DNA from: a virus
Length of the DNA: 64,000 nt
Reading direction: 5' to 3' (one strand)
Virus record (IMG/VR): IMGVR_UViG_3300043410_001663
Coordinates: 4,391-68,390 of that record
A program made the translations under genes and the position numbers. This document shows positions 30,498-38,029 of this stretch, in pieces (the stretch's first letter is position 1; each line of letters opens with the position of its first letter). Below the pieces are notes generated by a model, which saw only the letters and a list, made by a program, of their open reading frames with translations, ran no database searches and was not told the DNA's origin.

Positions 30498-30951
30498 ACA
30501 GGGATGACATCATCCGCATGTACGAGAAGGCAAATGGCTGGAGTCCAAAAGGGTTTGAGAATACGATTGATGACCTTGAACGCTTTGCCGCCCTAGTCGC
30601 CGCCGCAGAGCGTGAGGAGTGTGCGAAGGTGGCGCAGTCATTTGATCCGCACATGCGCTGGAGCAACTACGGCCGGGTCATCGCCAACAAGATCAGAGAA
30701 CGGGGGCAGTAATGAGAGACGAAATCATCAAGATGGCGCGAAATTGCGGAGCAGAAGACTTCTCCAATGAGGTCTGGCTTTTGTCTTTTGAAAACCTTGA
30801 ACGCTTCTTCCACATGGCCCAAGCCGCGGCGCTCGAGAAGGTGAAGACGCTGACCAACGAGCAGATTGAGAAGGTCATCAAGGACAACATGATGTTCTCG
30901 ATGAACCTCGCCGGCATGCGCGTTGACCTGGTGGAGCTCATTGAGTCATGA
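30494..30951 (+). CDS. Two small paralogous proteins (30494-30712, 30712-30951)
   Basis: MRDEIIKMA...ERF...AAERE.CA family also seen at 19865 and 20083. Confidence 0.65.
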
Positions 30952-31595
30952 CCAAACGCTACCAGTACTATTCGGTCGACGTGGGATTCTTCCCGCTGCC
31001 GGTCGCGATGTGCTTCAACGCCAAGGTCTTCAAGCAGATCCTGAAGGACTACAACGTCAAGGTCCACGAGGACCCCCAGGCGTTCGAGCTCGGCATGGCC
31101 GAGACGCACTCATTCTCGACGGCCAAGGAGTCGGTCGTCATCGTCGGCTTTGACCTCAAAGCGATCGGTGACAACCCGGCGCGCCTGGCGGGGACAATAG
31201 CCCACGAGGCGTCGCACGTCATCACGCGCCTCCTGGAGCACATCGGCGAGGACGTGGACGACTTTGGCGAGGAGACGCGCGCATACCTCATGCAGCACCT
31301 CGTCGAGCAGATGTTTGCTGGCTGCATTTTGGAGATCGCGAAAGATGCTAAGAGAGAAGAACGTCGAGCAAAGGCTCGTCAAAAAGGTGAAGGAGAAGGG
31401 CGGCCTGTGCCTGAAGTGGACAAGCCCAGGGACGACGGGGGTACCGGACAGGCTAGTCTTTTTCCAGGGGAAGACCACCCCGGTGGAGCTCAAGTCCCCA
31501 ACGGGGTCGCTATCTCCGCGACAGGTCCTGATGATATCGACATTGCGTTTGTGTGGGATCGAGACAAGGGTGCTTTCGTCGTATCAGGAGGTTGA
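30948..31595 (+). CDS. HExxH metallopeptidase-like protein
   Basis: TIAHEASH...EETRAY; C-terminal tail overlaps the VRR-NUC gene. Confidence 0.6.
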   Translation: MTKRYQYYSVDVGFFPLPVAMCFNAKVFKQILKDYNVKVHEDPQAFELGMAETHSFSTAKESVVIVGFDLKAIGDNPARLAGTIAHEASHVITRLLEHIGEDVDDFGEETRAYLMQHLVEQMFAGCILEIAKDAKREERRAKARQKGEGEGRPVPEVDKPRDDGGTGQASLFPGEDHPGGAQVPNGVAISATGPDDIDIAFVWDRDKGAFVVSGG

Positions 31596-31617
31596 CGAGT
31601 TCGTTGACAGCTTATGA
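31345..31617 (+). CDS. VRR-NUC nuclease
   Basis: MLREKNVEQRLV...SPGTTGVPDRLV...VELKSPTGSLSPRQ. Confidence 0.85.
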   Translation: MLREKNVEQRLVKKVKEKGGLCLKWTSPGTTGVPDRLVFFQGKTTPVELKSPTGSLSPRQVLMISTLRLCGIETRVLSSYQEVDEFVDSL

Positions 31618-32093
31618 ACCCAGATAACGATCGCGTCAAGCGCAAGTACCTCTACAAGACCCTCTACAAGGCGAAACGTCGCGCGGAGGCGAAGGGGATC
31701 CCCTTCGACCTCGACCTGGAGTTTTTATGCTCCATCGCGCCAGACATCTGCCCCGTGTTTGGCTTTGACCTGCTGTGGGCCCCGGGCTCCAAGGCCCGCG
31801 TGGGCAAGCCCGAGGACCAGTCCCCCAGCCTGGACCGCATCAACGCAGAGAGCGGCTACACCAAGGACAACGTGGCCATCATCAGCAACAAGGCAAACCA
31901 GATCAAGTCCAACGCCAAGCTGCGAGAGCTGTACGCGGTGGCCGACTGGCTGCACGACAAACTCAAAGAGATTGAAAAGTATGGAAGTGTTCGACCCACC
32001 CCCTTTCGCGACCCTGCAAGTTCCTACATCCAGCGTCCCACGAATCCTCGAGTTACTAACAACGATGCAGCGCGCAAGCGCGGAAGCTACTGA
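31614..32093 (+). CDS. HNH-like endonuclease
   Basis: CPVFG...SPSLDRIN...GYTKDNVAIISNKANQIK. Confidence 0.75.
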   Translation: MNPDNDRVKRKYLYKTLYKAKRRAEAKGIPFDLDLEFLCSIAPDICPVFGFDLLWAPGSKARVGKPEDQSPSLDRINAESGYTKDNVAIISNKANQIKSNAKLRELYAVADWLHDKLKEIEKYGSVRPTPFRDPASSYIQRPTNPRVTNNDAARKRGSY

Positions 32094-33427
32094 TGTTAAC
32101 TTTAGAGAACCTACACGAGTACCAGCGCAGGCTGGTGAAACAGAGCCACGAAACGCCCAACATGGGCCTGCTCATGGAGATGGGCCTGGGCAAGACGATC
32201 ACGGCGCTGACAATCATCAAGGACCTACCGGGCAAGACGCTGATCATCGGCCCGAAGGCGGTAATCACTAACGTATGGCGGCAGGAGGCAGCAAATTGGC
32301 AACACACAAAACAACTCAAGTTCGCGCTCATGGTGGGGACGCCCCAGGAGCGGCTGGCGGCGATGAGGTCTACAGCGGATGTGTATTTGATAAATTGCGA
32401 GAACGTCTCGTGGCTATTCGAGCAGAGATTGACTCCATCCTGGAGCAACTTGGTAGTCGACGAGTCCTCCAGATTCAAGAACCCCTCTTCCAAGAGGTGG
32501 AAGTCGCTGAAGTCAGAGCTCCCGAAGTTCAAGCGCAGGTTCATCTTAACCGGTACGCCGACCCCCAAGTCATACCTCGACCTGTGGTGCCAGGTAGGCA
32601 TTCTGGACCTGGGCCAGCGACTCGGGAGATCGATGACTACTTTCAAGGACAAGTTCTTCCTGCCCGACGCGAGGGATCGTCGCACCGGAGTAGTATGGAG
32701 CTGGAAATTGAAGCCCGGCGCGAAAGAACAAATCGACGCGCTGATCGGTGACATCTGCGTCTCCCTGCGCGCCGAGGACTACCTCAAGATGCCAAAGCGC
32801 CAGGACATCTACTGCAGCATCGAGTGGGAGAGGGTCGCGAAAACGGTCTACGAAAAAATGAAAAAAGATATGGTGGCCGAGGTGGACGACGAGACCCTGA
32901 CCGCGGCATCGGCGGGCGTCCTGACCGGCAAGCTGCTGCAGCTGACCTCGGGGACCATCTACAACGAGCAGAAGTCCACGATACACGTCCACGACGGCAA
33001 GCTGGACTACCTGGAGGACGTCCTGGACGAGACACCCACGATCGTCTTCTACAACTTCAAGCACTCCCTGAGCCGGCTCCAGGAGCGTTTCCCCAAGGCG
33101 GTGGTCCTGAACCCCGACGACGCGGATACGATCGTCAAGTGGCGCAAAGGTGAAATCGATCTTCTACTGTGCCACCCCAAGAGTGTAGGCATTGGTTTGA
33201 ACTTACAATGTAACGTAGGCGAGACGGCGCAGATCGTATGGTTTGACCTGCCGTGGAGCTCTGAGGACTACCTGCAGGCCAACGCGCGCCTGTTCCGCCA
33301 GGGGCAGGAGAAGCCGGTGATCGTTCGCCACCTACAGATGGCCAACAGCATCGACAAGCAGGTCGTTGACGTCCTGCAGGGGAAGATTGACATTCAGGCC
33401 GCATTGATGGAGGCAATTAAACTTTGA
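32093..33427 (+). CDS. SNF2-family SF2 helicase
   Basis: MGLGKT, VVDESS, LTGTP, GIGLNLQ, QANARLFRQGQ. Confidence 0.92.
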   Translation: MLTLENLHEYQRRLVKQSHETPNMGLLMEMGLGKTITALTIIKDLPGKTLIIGPKAVITNVWRQEAANWQHTKQLKFALMVGTPQERLAAMRSTADVYLINCENVSWLFEQRLTPSWSNLVVDESSRFKNPSSKRWKSLKSELPKFKRRFILTGTPTPKSYLDLWCQVGILDLGQRLGRSMTTFKDKFFLPDARDRRTGVVWSWKLKPGAKEQIDALIGDICVSLRAEDYLKMPKRQDIYCSIEWERVAKTVYEKMKKDMVAEVDDETLTAASAGVLTGKLLQLTSGTIYNEQKSTIHVHDGKLDYLEDVLDETPTIVFYNFKHSLSRLQERFPKAVVLNPDDADTIVKWRKGEIDLLLCHPKSVGIGLNLQCNVGETAQIVWFDLPWSSEDYLQANARLFRQGQEKPVIVRHLQMANSIDKQVVDVLQGKIDIQAALMEAIKL

Positions 33428-33720
33428 AACACGTGGTAAACGCGACAATCCGACGCCTATCTGACGAGGAGCCGGATCCGATCGAGAACGATGACGCAAG
33501 CGTAGAGTCCGGCAACGCGGCGGGGTGGGCCTCATGGGGCCCGGAGACGATAAGGGACATCCAGCACGTCATCGAAAACAAACTGACCCCGCAGCAGCGT
33601 GAGATCATCGAGGCCCTACTGGCAGGCTACACGTACAAGGACCTAGCGGTCAGCGAGAAGTACTGGCGCCACCACATGGGGCAGGCCATCAAGCGAATCA
33701 AGAAGGAGCTAGGCGTATGA
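33424..33720 (+). CDS. Stand-alone sigma region-4-like HTH protein
   Basis: KLTPQQREIIEALLAGYTYKDLA...QAIKRIKKELG resembles sigma70 region 4. Confidence 0.6.
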   Translation: MKHVVNATIRRLSDEEPDPIENDDASVESGNAAGWASWGPETIRDIQHVIENKLTPQQREIIEALLAGYTYKDLAVSEKYWRHHMGQAIKRIKKELGV

Positions 33721-34096
33721 GGGGATTCATTGTCGAGTACGCCGTCGAGGGGTTCCCCCACATCGACGTGCAGGTTGACGCAAGGGACCCGGTGTTTGAT
33801 AAAACCAAGGAGGTTTTATCAATCTGGGAGTTTGAGAACGCAGACGAGTGTGACGCCATCCTGGCCGACCTGCGTAGTTTTAGAGACCAACAACGAAAGG
33901 GTAAAGCATGAACGAGGCACAGAAGCTCCAGCAGACGCTGGGCGTCCAGAGTAAAGAAAAGCGTATCCAGGAGATGGCCGGCGCCGTGACGCGCCTGGTC
34001 ATCAACGAGGCCATCAAGGAGGCCAAGGAGCGGGCCAAGGTCCGGGATGCAACGCTGAACCCGCAGCCGGGCGACTCCACCCCGAAAAATGGATAG
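33717..34096 (+). CDS. Two hypothetical proteins (33717-33911, 33908-34096)
   Basis: ATGA-coupled ORFs. Confidence 0.6.
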
Positions 34097-34108
34097 TTCT
34101 ATATAGGA

Positions 34109-34183
34109 GCCCCATTAGCACGAAGGTCGTTGCAGACGCCTTGTAAGCGTCAGGCGGGGGTTCGATTCCCTCATGGGGCACCA
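34109..34183 (+). tRNA. tRNA-Thr(UGU)
   Basis: Acceptor GCCCCAT/ATGGGGC+ACCA; anticodon arm GACGC-CTTGTAA-GCGTC; T loop TTCGATT. Confidence 0.9.
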
Positions 34184-34188
34184 AAATA

Positions 34189-34569
34189 ATGGCAACTAAA
34201 TACACCTACGATCCGAAAATGTGCGACGAGCTGGTAGAGCTCGGGAAGACTGGCGCGAGCCAGAAGATGATGTTTGCCGCGTTGGGCATTAGCTCGACGG
34301 CGGCCCAGACCATGCGCAAGAACCACCCTGAGTTCGCCGACGCGCTGGACCTGGCCATCACACACGCACAGGCCTACTGGGAGCAGCAGATGTTGGAGAA
34401 CGTCGGCAACAAGGCATTCAACTCCCGCATCGCCGAGATCGCACTGCGCGGCCAGTTCCCTGGGGACTACCGCGAGGAGCGCATCAAGGCCGAGGTCAAG
34501 GCGGACGTCACGGTGGACTTTGGTTCCGCGGTCAACGACCTGATCAACTCGCTCAAAAAAGCAATCTGA
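34189..34569 (+). CDS. terS: Putative terminase small subunit
   Basis: YDPKMCDELVELG..G.S...FAALGIS...W/M...HPEFADAL...AQAYWE pattern typical of HTH-type small terminases. Confidence 0.6.
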   Translation: MATKYTYDPKMCDELVELGKTGASQKMMFAALGISSTAAQTMRKNHPEFADALDLAITHAQAYWEQQMLENVGNKAFNSRIAEIALRGQFPGDYREERIKAEVKADVTVDFGSAVNDLINSLKKAI

Positions 34570-34576
34570 CGATTCC

Positions 34577-34610
34577 GTCGGTAGTTGCCAACAACTACCG
34601 ACATTTTCTT
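34577..34610 (+). terminator. Rho-independent terminator after putative terS
   Basis: GTCGGTAGTTG/CAACTACCGAC hairpin followed by ATTTTCTT. Confidence 0.7.
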
Positions 34611-34686
34611 CGCGGGAAAAGGGTAGCTCCCCTGCCAGTGCTCCACCACTGGATACCGCACCAACTAGCCGTGGAAGGGCACAGCA

Positions 34687-35109
34687 ATGCAAATCTGCAC
34701 TAAATGTGGCGTAGAACAGCCACTATCGGGGTTTCACAAAGACAGAACAAGACCAAACGGTTATCGAAGCATGTGTAAAACATGTTTTTCAGCTTTTCAT
34801 GCGCAGTATTATGCGGAGAACACTGAAAAAGTCAAACTGAAAAACCGTAAACTCTGGGTTGAAAGGATGTTCGGAGTTTCGTTAGACGAAATTGAAAAAA
34901 TTAAAACCGAGCAAAAAGGATTGTGTGCCATATGTGAGGATAAATTGCAAGACCGGCATTTAGTTCACATAGACCACGATCACAAAACAGGGCAAATAAG
35001 GGGAATCCTGTGTCGGTGGTGTAACACCGGGCTAGGACAGTTCAAAGACTCTGAAGAGAGATTAACAAAAGCAATTCAGTATTTGAATCGCGATAAAGGA
35101 ACAAAATAA
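34687..35109 (+). CDS. Endonuclease VII-like (HNH) homing endonuclease
   Basis: CTKC, CKTC, CAIC...HIDHDHKTGQIRGILCRWCNTGLG; AT-rich. Confidence 0.85.
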   Translation: MQICTKCGVEQPLSGFHKDRTRPNGYRSMCKTCFSAFHAQYYAENTEKVKLKNRKLWVERMFGVSLDEIEKIKTEQKGLCAICEDKLQDRHLVHIDHDHKTGQIRGILCRWCNTGLGQFKDSEERLTKAIQYLNRDKGTK

Positions 35110-36230
35110 TGGCCGCACATGCTCTTTTAAGCGCCTCGGGATCCAAAAGATGGATGAGTTGCGCGCCTAGTGCCAGGCTCGAAGCACTACTTCCCGAACC
35201 CAAACGAAAATCCGGCGCATTTAATTTCAGCGAGGAGGGCACGACCGCCCACACCCTGGCTGAGGCGAAGCTGCGCCGTCACTACGGCCAGATCACCGCC
35301 AAGGAGTACATCGCCGAGGTGGAGGCCGTGAAGGCGACGCCCTACTTTGACGAGGAGTTCGAGAAGTACGTCGACAACTACGTCCTCTACGTGCGGTCCC
35401 AGATCGGGGAGGGCGACACCCCCTACTTCGAGCAGCGCGTGGACTTCAGCGAGTGGGTCCCTGACGGGTTCGGCACGGCTGACGTCGTGATCCTGTCTGA
35501 GAACAAGGTCCGCGTGATCGATTTGAAGTTTGGGCGTGGTGTGCCGGTGGACGCCGCGGACAACCCCCAGCTGCGCCTGTACGCCCTGGGCGGTTGGTAC
35601 AAGTACAAGGAGGCCCACCCCAACATCACCGAGGTCGAGTACACGATCCACCAGCCGCGCCTGGACAGCATCACGTCAGAGACGGCGACCCTGGACTCCA
35701 TCCTCGACTGGGCCGAGCACGTCGTCAAGCCCAAGGCCAAGAAGGCCTGGGCCGGCTCGGGCGACTTTGTGGCGGGTGATCACTGTGGATTCTGCAAGGC
35801 CAAGGCACAGTGCCGCGCGCGCTCGGAGTTCAACAACATGTCCGCCGCGATGGACTTCCGGGAGCCGGCGTTACTTTCTGAAGCCGAGTTGTCGAAGGTT
35901 TTGACCAACGCAAAACGCACCCGCTCCTGGCTCAAAGACGTCGAGGATTTCCTGCTCGAGCGGGCTGAGACTGATGGCATTACGCCACAGGGGTACCAGC
36001 TCGGGTTCACAAATACGAAAAGAGTTATTGACGACTGCGAAAAAGCTGCGGTAAAATTGCGCCACTACGGAGAAGACATCTTCGAGCCGAAGACGTTGAA
36101 GTCTGTAGCGCAACTTGAGAAGATTGTTGGCAAGGACGAGTTGGGGCATCTACTGGGGGAGCTTATAATCAAGCCCGTTGGTGAGCCGAAGCTGGTCCCA
36201 GTCAAGAAGGCTACCGAGTTTGAGGGTTAA
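35109..36230 (+). CDS. Cas4-like PD-(D/E)xK exonuclease (DUF2800 family)
   Basis: HALLSAS..RW..C, GFGTAD, IDLKFGRG, QLRLYALG, HCGFCKAKAQC. Confidence 0.85.
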   Translation: MAAHALLSASGSKRWMSCAPSARLEALLPEPKRKSGAFNFSEEGTTAHTLAEAKLRRHYGQITAKEYIAEVEAVKATPYFDEEFEKYVDNYVLYVRSQIGEGDTPYFEQRVDFSEWVPDGFGTADVVILSENKVRVIDLKFGRGVPVDAADNPQLRLYALGGWYKYKEAHPNITEVEYTIHQPRLDSITSETATLDSILDWAEHVVKPKAKKAWAGSGDFVAGDHCGFCKAKAQCRARSEFNNMSAAMDFREPALLSEAELSKVLTNAKRTRSWLKDVEDFLLERAETDGITPQGYQLGFTNTKRVIDDCEKAAVKLRHYGEDIFEPKTLKSVAQLEKIVGKDELGHLLGELIIKPVGEPKLVPVKKATEFEG

Positions 36231-36279
36231 GGCGGGCACCCATTCAAGCCCCGTCGGTTCTGTAAAAAAGGAGGCCAAG

Positions 36280-36795
36280 ATGGCCAAAGTCAGCGAAAAA
36301 GTGGTTACCGGTAAAGTTCGTTTCTCTTACGCGAACGTCTTCACACCGAAGGCAAGCGAAGAGGGCAAGGAGCCGAAGTACTCCGTGTCGATCATCATCG
36401 ACAAGAACGACAAGGAGACCATCGCGAAGATCAACGCCGCGGTTGAGAAGGTCAAGCAGGGTAGCGCCGCCGTGTTCGGTGGGTCAATCCCCAAGGCCCT
36501 CAAGGGCGGCCTGCGCGACGGTGACGCAGAGAAGGATGACGCTGCCTACCAGGGCGCGTTCTTCATCAACGCCAACTCGTCGATGAAGCCCCAGATCGTA
36601 GACGTCAACCTGGACCAGATCATGGACCAGAGCGAGTTCTACAGCGGTTGCTACGGCCGCGCCTCGTTGACGTTCTACGCGTACAACCAGGCAGGTTCCA
36701 AGGGCATCGCCTGCGGTTTGAACAACCTACAGAAGCTGGAAGACGGCGAGAAGCTGGGCGGCGGTACCACCGCGGCACAAGACTTCGCGGTCTGA
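36280..36795 (+). CDS. ssb: Single-stranded DNA-binding protein (DUF2815 family)
   Basis: VRFSYANVF, KYSVSIII, LRDGD, YSGCYGRAS, GIACGLNNLQKLEDGE; AGGAGG RBS. Confidence 0.85.
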   Translation: MAKVSEKVVTGKVRFSYANVFTPKASEEGKEPKYSVSIIIDKNDKETIAKINAAVEKVKQGSAAVFGGSIPKALKGGLRDGDAEKDDAAYQGAFFINANSSMKPQIVDVNLDQIMDQSEFYSGCYGRASLTFYAYNQAGSKGIACGLNNLQKLEDGEKLGGGTTAAQDFAV

Positions 36796-36799
36796 TAGA

Positions 36800-37470
36800 T
36801 GAGTCCGGGGTCGCGCCCCGGATAGGTCAGCCCGGCCGAGTAGAAGGGACAACCCGGTGGGAAGCTCGGGGCCAATAAGTTTGGGGATCGCGCAACGGGT
36901 TAGCGCCGTTGCAGTTCTTTGATCCTTTCTTCAAAACACTGCTTTATGTGGGCGGTCTCCAAACTTGTTGGTAAAAGGGCCTAGTCAGCCCAACCTTTGC
37001 CGCGTGGTTAACGCGGAAAGCGGACAGGTAAATCCCACTGACAATGGGCAAGCCGGAAAAGTGTTCGCAAGCTGGGAGGTTACCCTACGACCCAGCACCA
37101 ACGTGAGTGAGGATTGAACGTACCAGCCACCCCTGAAAGGTGGGGCTCTGGTGGAAAGCGTTACCTGGTAACCAATGCCAGCAGTCCTCACCCATGTTGG
37201 TGTATGAGGTTCTAGTCAAACCGCGGTACTGATCACCGTAGCCTAATTCAGTTAAGGGCCACGCAACCGATGACAACGGTTCGCCAACAACCAACAAAGA
37301 AGGTGTTTAGCCAAGGCGCAGTCCCGTGAGCGGGGACTGAATCAATGCTGAGGTCGGGCGTGCGTCACCACGCCGGGGGCTATATCCTGTAGACACTTTC
37401 TTTGTTGGTGGTTAAGCGTGTTGACGCATGGCCCATAGCCATGAAGGTCGGCGCCCACCAACAACATTAT
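36800..37470 (+). ncRNA. Non-coding tract of multiple structured RNA elements
   Basis: About 20-bp closing stems at 36872/36971 and 37096/37202, 9-bp stem at 37403/37463, many hairpins, no convincing ORF. Confidence 0.55.
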
Positions 37471-37485
37471 CAACTGGAGATTCGT

Positions 37486-37785
37486 ATGAATTTTGGACAC
37501 GCAATTGAGGCCCTGAAAGCGGGCAAACGAGTGACGCGCGCAGGCTGGAACGGCCGAGGCATGTTCCTGATCCTGGCCGGTGGCTACAAGGTCCCCAAAA
37601 GCGCACTGCGCGCGGGAGGCCCCATCACCGCTGAGTTCCTGGAATCACGCGACCTGGAAGAGATGGAGATCCTTCCGCACATCGACATGTGGACCGTCAA
37701 CGCGCAGGGGCGTCAAGCGTATTTGCCTGGGTGGCTTGCCAGCCAGACCGACATGCTGTCTGACGACTGGGAAACCTTGGAGTAA
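37486..37785 (+). CDS. DUF2829 / Tad2-like anti-defence nucleotide sponge
   Basis: MNFGHAIEALKAGKRVTRAGWNGRGMF...WLASQTDMLSDDW. Confidence 0.8.
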   Translation: MNFGHAIEALKAGKRVTRAGWNGRGMFLILAGGYKVPKSALRAGGPITAEFLESRDLEEMEILPHIDMWTVNAQGRQAYLPGWLASQTDMLSDDWETLE

Positions 37786-37787
37786 TC

Positions 37788-37961
37788 ATGATCACACTGA
37801 AATTCACCGTCGAAGAAGTCAACTTCATCCTGAGCCTGCTGGGGCGCCTGCCCTTCGCTGAGGTTCACACCACCATTCGTGCAATCGCGGAACAGGGTCA
37901 GCCCCAGGCTGAGGCCCTGATGGAACAAGAAAAGGAGGAAGCACCCCAGCAGCCCGCCTAA
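37788..37961 (+). CDS. Small hypothetical protein (57 aa)
   Basis: MITLKFTVEEVNFILSLLGRLPFAEV...; GGAG RBS. Confidence 0.7.
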   Translation: MITLKFTVEEVNFILSLLGRLPFAEVHTTIRAIAEQGQPQAEALMEQEKEEAPQQPA

Positions 37962-37988
37962 CACAGCCCACATAAACTTAACATAATC

Positions 37989-38016
37989 AGCCTGGCGCAC
38001 GCGCCGGGCTTTTTTC
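37989..38016 (+). terminator. Rho-independent terminator
   Basis: AGCCTGGCGC/GCGCCGGGCT hairpin followed by a T run. Confidence 0.7.
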
Positions 38017-38029
38017 TCACCACACCAAA

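Noticed and set aside
35109-36230. Cas4-like nuclease as evidence of a CRISPR-Cas system
   Set aside because: It sits in the standard DUF2800-DUF2815-PolA-VRR-NUC-SNF2 phage replication module.
36985-37075. c-di-GMP-I riboswitch or twister ribozyme
   Set aside because: Only partial resemblance (GGTAAA...CAAGCC); key conserved elements could not be placed by eye.
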